Of a stretch of DNA of 48,827 nt, positions 1 to 6,663 are shown piece by piece (the first letter of the stretch is position 1; every line of letters begins with the position of its first letter). Source of the stretch: a virus (taxonomy: Duplodnaviria; Caudoviricetes); IMG/VR virus record IMGVR_UViG_3300028536_000021, positions 1 to 48,827 of that record, one strand, 5' to 3'. The notes under the pieces were generated by a model. It was not told where the DNA came from and made no database searches. It saw nothing but the letters and a program-made list of their open reading frames with translations. Position numbers and translations under genes: made by a program.

Positions 1-195
<195 letters not shown>

Positions 196-329
196 GGAAG
201 GATTTTAAAATGAAGGCCAAGGGAAGATCCAGCCCAGGGCGCCATTGACCGATCGGTTCGAAAAGGTCCCCGGCCAAGCCAACGGAAGGCCCAGCCAAGC
301 CCAGGGCGCATAGCAGCCCCGACAGGATT

Positions 330-347
330 GCATTTGATTGTGACAAC
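330..347 (+). promoter_or_regulatory. Repeated 18-bp intergenic motif, copy 1 (GCATTTGATTGTGACAAC)
   Basis: 17/18 identical to 2125-2142; partial copy GATTGTGACA at 837-846. Confidence 0.55.
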
Positions 348-481
348 GCAAAGGCCCAGGGTCGAGCGGTCAGGCCGAGGAAGCAGCAGGAACGGGAAGC
401 TAGGGAAACCAAAGGCACTGCCCGAACCGAGAGAAGCCCCCTACCGGTCCTCGGCCTGACGCCAACCAGAGGAGACAGAGC

Positions 482-589
482 ATGGAAGATGATTGGGCCG
501 AATGGATCCAGGCCACAGCCGACGACGCAGTGATCCGAGAGGCTTGGCGGCTGCAGGCCGAGCAGGCCACCAGGGAGGCAGAGCGGTGA
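482..589 (+). CDS. Small early protein, 35 aa (MEDDWAEWIQATADDAVIREAWRLQAEQATREAER)
   Basis: AGGAGA Shine-Dalgarno (SD) upstream of ATG; below the ORF-track size cut-off. Confidence 0.55.
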   Translation: MEDDWAEWIQATADDAVIREAWRLQAEQATREAER

Positions 590-691
590 GGGCAGGGGAG
601 GTCCCCCTGCGGCCAAGGAAAGACCAAGGGAGGAAATTCCTCCCCTGCGATACGGCCACGCCCTGCGACCAAACAACAAGGAGAACCATAC

Positions 692-844
692 ATGACCCCA
701 CACAACGCCAACACAACGCTTCCCTGGCCACCCATCTACCGCAAGATCGGCGGACTGCATTGGCTCCGGCTCGGGCGGCTTCGGCTGGCATGGTGCATTG
801 CGAAGGTGGACCAACTACGCTCACCCTCTCGTGATCGATTGTGA
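692..844 (+). CDS. Small early protein, 50 aa (…YRKIGGLHWLRLGRLRLAWCIAK…)
   Basis: AAGGAG SD; protein-like beta-hairpin pattern. Confidence 0.6.
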   Translation: MTPHNANTTLPWPPIYRKIGGLHWLRLGRLRLAWCIAKVDQLRSPSRDRL

Positions 845-864
845 CAGCCGACCGTCACATACAT

Positions 865-987
865 GAACCCCAGCTGAACAACTCTCACAAAGCAGTGATC
901 GGGCGCGGGACAGAGCAGCCAAGCCCTTGGAAACACTGCGCTTCTTGCCCGATCACAGATTGTTACAAAACCGAACGAAGCCGGAAC
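865..987. promoter_or_regulatory. Two candidate alphaproteobacterial LexA boxes (GAAC-N7-GAAC) at 865-879 and 973-987
   Basis: Exact matches to the GTTC-N7-GTTC consensus, read on the other strand, within one intergenic region. Confidence 0.35.
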
Positions 988-1047
988 CCAAGCTGGACAA
1001 CGCGGATGCCAAATGCTATCATCTTCCTGCCCCAAAGGAGCAAGCAA

Positions 1048-1182
1048 ATGGACCTCTACGAATTGACTGACGAGCAAGCCCAGGCGGTGATTGAATACGT
1101 CGTGCAGGCCCGCGACGGCCTGATCACCAAAGGCGAAATGGCCAACAAAATCGAAAGCCTTGTTGGACCGATGGAAGCGTAG
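1048..1182 (+). CDS. Small hypothetical protein, 44 aa (MDLYELTDEQ…)
   Basis: AAGGAG SD before ATG 1048; 3' part of track ORF 841..1182. Confidence 0.65.
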   Translation: MDLYELTDEQAQAVIEYVVQARDGLITKGEMANKIESLVGPMEA

Positions 1183-1263
1183 GCCGGAGCTTAGGGAGTA
1201 ATCAAGGGAGTAGCCCCGGGGAGGATCCATTTCCTCCCCCTTCTCCAGAAAAGGCAAAATAAC

Positions 1264-1479
1264 ATGATCGACAAGAAAACCATCGAGAATGCAAAAGCCC
1301 TTATTCGAGCGGAGCTCCAGGCACATGATGATTGGTTGAACAACCACACAACAACAGAACTCCGTGCAATGCTGGAAAGTCTTACCAAAGAACTTCTCGC
1401 ATCCGGCAATGCACCGAGCGGAAGTTTACTATGGAAAGACCTAACTGCACTTATCGCCAAAAGGGAAAGGGAACACTGA
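1264..1479 (+). CDS. Hypothetical protein
   Basis: Helical 71-aa ORF in the early gene run. Confidence 0.65.
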   Translation: MIDKKTIENAKALIRAELQAHDDWLNNHTTTELRAMLESLTKELLASGNAPSGSLLWKDLTALIAKREREH

Positions 1480-1581
1480 ATGGACCCCGATGCCCTCATC
1501 GGCTACCTGTACCTCGCGTGGATTATCTTCGCCACGATCGGCCTCCTGATCACCCTCTCGCGGAGAATTAACAATGACTAA
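1480..1581 (+). CDS. Single-TM micro-protein, 33 aa
   Basis: MDPDALIGYLYLAWIIFATIGLLITLSRRINND; abuts the upstream stop and overlaps the next start. Confidence 0.55.
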   Translation: MDPDALIGYLYLAWIIFATIGLLITLSRRINND

Positions 1582-2026
1582 ACAAAACATAACTCGCTTA
1601 CCGTCCATTGACGAACTCGAACAAGCCCTCGAACTCGCCTTCAATACTCCAATCCGGATTGTTGGCGCCCACAAGATCACAATCTCCGGTGACGAAATCT
1701 CGCTCTCTTTAAAAGCAAAACTCACAAATCAAAACCAACGGCCAGACGCGAAAGAAACGCCAGAAGAAGCACCACCGACTGACGAAGACGATACTGAATA
1801 CGACCCGCTGAAATCGCGTCCTCCATCTTCCCGCGAGAAAATGATGATGCAAGTAATCCTTGACGCACTTCCAGACAATCTAACAATCGAACAAATCCGC
1901 AATAGATACCGTGAAGCAGGTGGGGATATGAACAACTTCAAAAAAGTCATTCGAAATCTACGTAAAAAAGACATGATCTTCATCACGCCTGATAGAGCAG
2001 TACACGTCAAACATTTCTCAGACTAA
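1574..2026 (+). CDS. Hypothetical protein with possible C-terminal winged-helix DNA-binding domain
   Basis: GGAG SD; acidic linker, then a helix-helix-helix-beta-hairpin pattern (LTIEQIRNRY…FKKVIRNLRKKDMIFITPDRAVHV). Confidence 0.6.
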   Translation: MTKQNITRLPSIDELEQALELAFNTPIRIVGAHKITISGDEISLSLKAKLTNQNQRPDAKETPEEAPPTDEDDTEYDPLKSRPPSSREKMMMQVILDALPDNLTIEQIRNRYREAGGDMNNFKKVIRNLRKKDMIFITPDRAVHVKHFSD

Positions 2027-2128
2027 GTCCAAGAGGCCCTCACGCAGGGATGGGCCGGGAGTGTTGTCCGCAGCTCCGAGTCATGCACCCTACGCATGAC
2101 TCCTCCCCGATCTATGCAAAATGAGCAT

Positions 2129-2157
2129 TTGATTATGACAACCGACTATGGGATAAT
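2129..2157 (+). promoter_or_regulatory. Sigma70-like early promoter TTGATT-N17-GATAAT, overlapping motif copy 2 (2125-2142)
   Basis: Canonical spacing; intergenic; upstream of ORF 2184. Confidence 0.6.
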
Positions 2158-2183
2158 CCCCTGGTTCGAACGGAGAAAGCCCA

Positions 2184-2339
2184 ATGCTAGACATCCCCAG
2201 CGCCAACACGATCGAGGTCCGCATTGAGAAGGCTCCCGAAGGCCTCAAGCTCTGGGTCAACATCGATGGCCAATGCCACCTTCGCGCCCAGCGAATTGAC
2301 TTGGTTGTGGTTGAGGACGGCAGATTGACCCTCGATTGA
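2184..2339 (+). CDS. Small hypothetical protein, 51 aa (MLDIPSANTIEVRIEK…)
   Basis: GGAG SD; lies directly downstream of the promoter. Confidence 0.6.
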   Translation: MLDIPSANTIEVRIEKAPEGLKLWVNIDGQCHLRAQRIDLVVVEDGRLTLD

Positions 2340-2449
2340 CCCTCGAGGATTGAAGACTAGGGGAGAGCCGCCGCAGGAGGAGACTAAACTCTCGCCTGCC
2401 GCCGCGCCCTCCCCCGGCCTGCAATTCCGCAGGAGGAGACCAACCACCC

Positions 2450-3091
2450 ATGGCCATCTACGAAATCCCCGTCAACAAGGCCGGCAAGCGCCTCATCGCC
2501 ATCGACACTGGCGAGACCGCAATGCCCGCCGATGTCTACAAGGCCGTCCTGTTTGAAGGCCTCAAGCACTTCATCAACCTCGGCACCTCCAAGCTCAAAC
2601 AGGCCGACTTCGCCACCCTCAACGAGTTCGAAGCTGCGGCCTGGGCAATCGCCGAGGCCCAGCACACCAAGCTCAAGTCCGGCGACATCAAGCGCCGGGC
2701 AGTCGGGCCAAAGGCCAAAGGAGCCGGGGTCGAAATGACCGAGGCCCTCCGCCAAGCCAAGATCTCCGCTAAGGAGCAGTACAAAGTCCTCGCGGCCACC
2801 GACAAGTCCATGCCTCGCTTCTCACTCATCAACGCAAAGCAGTGGACCGCTTCTGCCCAGGCAATGGTCAACTCCGACCCTGACACCTGGCTCGCCGTGG
2901 CCCGAGAAAGCCTAGCCCGTGCTTCCGAAGCCCCGAAGGCCTCCGCGGACATCTTCTCCCAACTCCGCGCTGATCCCAAGCTGGTCCAGGCCGCAGCCAG
3001 CGCAAAGAAGAAAGCCCCCGCCAAGCCCGCCGCCCAAGCAGTCAAGGCAAAGAAAGGCAAGACCACCTCGACCATCCAGCCTCAGGCTTGA
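2450..3091 (+). CDS. Early protein with Lys/Ala/Pro-rich (histone H1-like) C-terminal tail
   Basis: AGGAGGAG SD; strong codon bias; tail AKKKAPAKPAAQAVKAKKGK. Confidence 0.8.
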   Translation: MAIYEIPVNKAGKRLIAIDTGETAMPADVYKAVLFEGLKHFINLGTSKLKQADFATLNEFEAAAWAIAEAQHTKLKSGDIKRRAVGPKAKGAGVEMTEALRQAKISAKEQYKVLAATDKSMPRFSLINAKQWTASAQAMVNSDPDTWLAVARESLARASEAPKASADIFSQLRADPKLVQAAASAKKKAPAKPAAQAVKAKKGKTTSTIQPQA

Positions 3092-3177
3092 CAACGGCAG
3101 CCTGAACTCCCACTTGGATGGGGCTGGCAAGACAAACCCCCGGCCCCATCCACCCCAACCCAGGAAGGAACTCTACC

Positions 3178-3915
3178 ATGACCCTCGATGAACAAGGCCG
3201 CGAAATCTTCACTTTCCCAGTGACCACCGTCAACCTCTCACCCTTGACCGGAACAGAGACCCTCACGCGGAACATTGCCCCTAGCCTCCTGGAGAACCCC
3301 GAAATGTTGCGCTCCACCTTCGCGCTCGTCGCCAACTCCATCGTGGAAGCCTCCGACCTCGCCGCGGAGGTCAAGGCACTGCGAAAGGCTGTGGACGAAA
3401 TGACCTTGGCCCTCCGCGTTGCCGACGAACGAGAAGCCCGCGCTTACATCGAACGCAACGAAGCCATCACCGCTCGCGACCTTGCCCTTCGCTCCAAGGA
3501 ACTAGCCGACGCAGCCTACGACACGGTCAACGGCCAACGCATCTCCGCCGAAGCCGAAGCCCAGGACCTCCGCCGCGCCCGCAACGAGGCCCAGGACGCT
3601 GCCGCCGCCATGTCCCTCGACCTCACCGCGGCGCTGTCCAAGGTCGCCGAACTGGAAGCCGAGATCCTCCGCCTCCACGGCCACCAGACAGGAGTTGTGC
3701 TTGAACTCGACGACAAGCTAACCGACGCCCTTGCCAAAGCCCGCGACTTCGAAGACCTCTACGCCCTCGCACAGGAGGACAACTCCAAGCTCACCTCGGA
3801 CCTCATCGCTGCCCACCGCGACCGCGACTACTGGCAGGGCGAATACACCTCCCGTGCCACAACCCTTGGCAAGTCCCTCGACACCCTAGCCTCCATCCGC
3901 GACCTAGTCGGCTGA
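3178..3915 (+). CDS. Long coiled-coil protein
   Basis: AGGAAGGA SD before ATG 3178; heptad-like Ala/Glu/Leu composition. Confidence 0.8.
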   Translation: MTLDEQGREIFTFPVTTVNLSPLTGTETLTRNIAPSLLENPEMLRSTFALVANSIVEASDLAAEVKALRKAVDEMTLALRVADEREARAYIERNEAITARDLALRSKELADAAYDTVNGQRISAEAEAQDLRRARNEAQDAAAAMSLDLTAALSKVAELEAEILRLHGHQTGVVLELDDKLTDALAKARDFEDLYALAQEDNSKLTSDLIAAHRDRDYWQGEYTSRATTLGKSLDTLASIRDLVG

Positions 3916-3928
3916 GGACCAACGACTG

Positions 3929-3973
3929 AGGGCAGGGTCAACTCAAGGGCCACTCCTCCTGCCCTTTCTTTTT
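3929..3973 (+). terminator. Probable intrinsic terminator
   Basis: AGGGCAGG…CCTGCCCT stem followed by TTCTTTTT. Confidence 0.55.
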
Positions 3974-4020
3974 AGGTAAAAATAGTTCTCTGTAAAAGGA
4001 ACTATTTTGACCTTTGTGTA

Positions 4021-4049
4021 TTGACTTTCGACGCAAAATATGCAATAAT
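4021..4049 (+). promoter_or_regulatory. Sigma70-like promoter TTGACT-N17-AATAAT
   Basis: AT-rich intergenic island with canonical spacing. Confidence 0.65.
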
Positions 4050-4120
4050 GGTTTTGTTATCATCGAGGAGGCTATATGGAAAGCAGCGTCCCCGACTTTG
4101 ACAACTGAAAGGCCCCACCA

Positions 4121-4276
4121 ATGACCTGGCTCCTTGTCCTCTACTTCTACTCTGGCGGCACCGCTGTCCACGGCGAGTACCGCACACAGCAAGAGTGCCT
4201 CTACCACGCCTACCGCATCCAATCCAACGACCGCGACGTGAGCCGAGTGCGCTGCGTCCGTAAGGAGCCCCCATGA
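4121..4276 (+). CDS. Small protein, 51 aa, with hydrophobic N-terminus and a Cys pair
   Basis: MTWLLVLYFYSGG…EC…RCV; ATGA overlap with the next gene. Confidence 0.6.
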   Translation: MTWLLVLYFYSGGTAVHGEYRTQQECLYHAYRIQSNDRDVSRVRCVRKEPP

Positions 4277-4560
4277 TCGATTGGCCCAAAGTCCTCACAG
4301 CCATCCGCGCTAGCTGCTCCGCAACCAGTCACGTCCTAAACGACGACCGCGACCAGATGCTCGCCCTAGCCGCATGGTTCCAGTCCCAAGACATCGACGC
4401 CCTGAAGGCCGGAACCATCATGCCCGTGATGCTCGGGCTCATGCTCGGTGCAAGGGCAAACCACGAATTGGATTTACTAGAGGCACAAGATCTAGTAGCT
4501 AATTGCATCGCCATTAACGCCGTCTGTGAACTCAGGAGAAAGACCAATGCCCGAACCTAA
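4273..4560 (+). CDS. Hypothetical protein
   Basis: AAGGAG SD; translationally coupled operon. Confidence 0.7.
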   Translation: MIDWPKVLTAIRASCSATSHVLNDDRDQMLALAAWFQSQDIDALKAGTIMPVMLGLMLGARANHELDLLEAQDLVANCIAINAVCELRRKTNART

Positions 4561-4924
4561 CGGCTTCGACATGCCCCGCGACCTCAACCCCCCTTGGCAA
4601 CGCCAAGACAACGTTATTCGGTGTAAGAAAACAGGCAAGGCCCTCGCCACCAAACTGGGCGGGGGCGATTGTGCTTGCACTGGAGAATGCACGGAGGAAT
4701 TCGTCGAACCCCCAGAAATCCCCACTCTCTCCGAGGACCAACTGGCTGACCCCCTCCGCTCCATTGCCACCCTGATCCTAGCCCTGCCCTGCAACCAAAT
4801 GTGGCGGATGGTTGGGGACGACGGCATGCGGAAGCCCGAGCTCGACAAAATCTTCGTGGCTTGGGCAGAGGCGTACTTGGCCGGCCAGCCAATGGCCGAT
4901 ATCACCCAGGGGAGGCGAGCATGA
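4547..4924 (+). CDS. Hypothetical protein with Cys cluster
   Basis: AGGAG SD before ATG 4547; C…CxCxxxC. Confidence 0.65.
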   Translation: MPEPNGFDMPRDLNPPWQRQDNVIRCKKTGKALATKLGGGDCACTGECTEEFVEPPEIPTLSEDQLADPLRSIATLILALPCNQMWRMVGDDGMRKPELDKIFVAWAEAYLAGQPMADITQGRRA

Positions 4925-5139
4925 CAGGTCACCTAGGCATTCCCCACTTCAACGGCAGCATCGCCGACCTCCTAGAGACCGACGAGGCTTGGCTTGGGGT
5001 CCTTCGAGGCAAACACCTCTACACCCTCGCCCTTGAGAATGGCGAAAGCTATGCCGTCATCGCCGACCTCTCCCTAGCTGACCTGAGAAAGCTCGGAGAG
5101 GACCTGATCGCCCTTGCAGCCAGCGAGGCCCAGCCATGA
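4921..5139 (+). CDS. Hypothetical protein (MTGHLGIPHF…)
   Basis: GGAGG SD; ATGA overlaps on both sides. Confidence 0.65.
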   Translation: MTGHLGIPHFNGSIADLLETDEAWLGVLRGKHLYTLALENGESYAVIADLSLADLRKLGEDLIALAASEAQP

Positions 5140-5288
5140 CCCCCGATCGCCACTGGCAATGCGTCCACTGCGGCGAAGTCACCAACGCCCCGACTGAACC
5201 CAAGGCCAGCTTATGGTGCGATGACAACCTTCCGCAGGATGCCGGACACGAATGGGAAGAAGTCGATCCGCCAAAGGATTGGGAGTAA
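5136..5288 (+). CDS. Small Zn-ribbon-like protein, 50 aa
   Basis: WQCVHCG…C…GHEW; ATGA coupling. Confidence 0.6.
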   Translation: MTPDRHWQCVHCGEVTNAPTEPKASLWCDDNLPQDAGHEWEEVDPPKDWE

Positions 5289-5385
5289 CAGCAACCAAAA
5301 GGAGAATTATAATGCTTGAAACAAAATTAGGAACGCAACACTACAAGTCGAAGACACGGATAAATGGACGATACAATTAGCGCCA

Positions 5386-5649
5386 ATGGACCTCCCCGAC
5401 CCACCCGAAGGCTGGCGGCTCAAATCCCTGATCGACGATGGGGGCTGCTGGCTGGCCTACCTCTATTCCGCCACCGAATGGGTCCAAGCCGCCGGTTCAT
5501 CCCCGCGGTTTGCCATGCTCGACGCCCTGGCGCGGATTGAGGCCGGGGCAGTCTACGCCAAACTGAGCGGAATGCAAGCTCGGCACGCTACCTTTGACCT
5601 GCTTAACGTCTTGAAGATCCAACCCGCTAAAGTGGAGCGCCGCGAATGA
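5386..5649 (+). CDS. Hypothetical protein ending in shared C-terminal tag FDLLNVLKIQPAKVERRE
   Basis: 87-aa ORF coupled to the next gene. Confidence 0.75.
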   Translation: MDLPDPPEGWRLKSLIDDGGCWLAYLYSATEWVQAAGSSPRFAMLDALARIEAGAVYAKLSGMQARHATFDLLNVLKIQPAKVERRE

Positions 5650-5729
5650 CCCACAAACTCCTTCCCTTCGCCATCGCCATCGGCATAGGCATGATCCTCG
5701 GCATTGCCTACTTGGAGTGGCTAGGATGA
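5646..5729 (+). CDS. Single-TM micro-protein, 27 aa
   Basis: MTHKLLPFAIAIGIGMILGIAYLEWLG; ATGA overlaps on both sides. Confidence 0.5.
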   Translation: MTHKLLPFAIAIGIGMILGIAYLEWLG

Positions 5730-5923
5730 CCATGCCTAGGATGACCATCGATCCCGAGGACCTGGTGCTTTTCTCAACCATCGCCAACCGCCGGCCAATT
5801 TCCTCCAAGCACTCCCTCGCCGCGCGGAAGAACATGGCCCAGGCAAACCAAGGCAGCCGCAGGTCCCCGAAGTGGTTGCGGCAACTGAAGAGGAAACGCA
5901 ATGGCAATCCGCCTAGACTATGA
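5726..5923 (+). CDS. Basic hypothetical protein
   Basis: GGAG SD; exact start uncertain because of the CTAGGATGACCAT duplication. Confidence 0.5.
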   Translation: MTMPRMTIDPEDLVLFSTIANRRPISSKHSLAARKNMAQANQGSRRSPKWLRQLKRKRNGNPPRL

Positions 5924-6131
5924 GACCAAGGCCGGTGCGTTCTCCCGCGCCGACACTGAGATGCAACTCATGGAGCACCTCCGCCTTGCCGCCGAGTGTT
6001 GCTACATGATCGGCCACGACATGAAGGCCGACGGAGACGAACTTCGCGGCCAAGGCTTCCTCGCCATGGGCCAGATGTTCGAACGGAACGTCCTGACCAT
6101 CATCAACGGACTCGCAAGGATGACCAAATGA
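5901..6131 (+). CDS. Hypothetical protein
   Basis: GAGGA SD; typical codon usage. Confidence 0.7.
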   Translation: MAIRLDYETKAGAFSRADTEMQLMEHLRLAAECCYMIGHDMKADGDELRGQGFLAMGQMFERNVLTIINGLARMTK

Positions 6132-6643
6132 GCACCTACATCCTCGAACGCCTGGAAGGTGACGAGTGGATTGCGGTCTGGCAAAGCACCGATCCCTTCA
6201 AGGTCGCCTCTCACCGTGGCCTTGCACAAGTCGCCGATCCCAACCACGAATACCGGACCCGCCGGACATACGACCTCTTTCCTCGCATCACCTCCGCCAC
6301 CATCTCGGCCGACCTGCCAGAATGCATCCAATGCCTCAAGCTCGCCGGGATCCGCATTCGAAAGCAGGAAACAACAATCCGGGCTCTAGCCCAGGAGATT
6401 GAGAGACTTCACGAGTGTCTTGGTCCGCGGGGCCTTGTGGTCATTACGATCGGCGACACCAGCCATTACGTGAGCGAATCCGTGGCTACCCACATCGCCG
6501 AGCTTGAAGTTGAGCGCGACGACATCAGGGAAAAGACGATCGAGGAGTGCGCACAAGCGGCTGATGATGCTGCCGGATTGGATAACACCGGAAGCGCTGC
6601 GCTGGCGGCGGAATTCATCCGCGCCCTCGCCAAGGAAGAGTAA
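6128..6643 (+). CDS. Hypothetical protein, mosaic of common phage modules (…EECAQAAD…AAEFIRAL)
   Basis: ATGA-coupled start at 6128 (MSTYILERLE). Confidence 0.7.
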   Translation: MSTYILERLEGDEWIAVWQSTDPFKVASHRGLAQVADPNHEYRTRRTYDLFPRITSATISADLPECIQCLKLAGIRIRKQETTIRALAQEIERLHECLGPRGLVVITIGDTSHYVSESVATHIAELEVERDDIREKTIEECAQAADDAAGLDNTGSAALAAEFIRALAKEE

Positions 6644-6663
6644 TCAACCCATCAGGACCCCCA

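Noticed and set aside
840-859. CRP/FNR-type site TGTGA…TCACA
   Set aside because: The spacer is 10 bp rather than 6.
250-2172. GGTTCGAA T-loop-like words at ~255 and ~2163 suggesting tRNAs
   Set aside because: No T-stem, acceptor stem or anticodon arm can be built around them.
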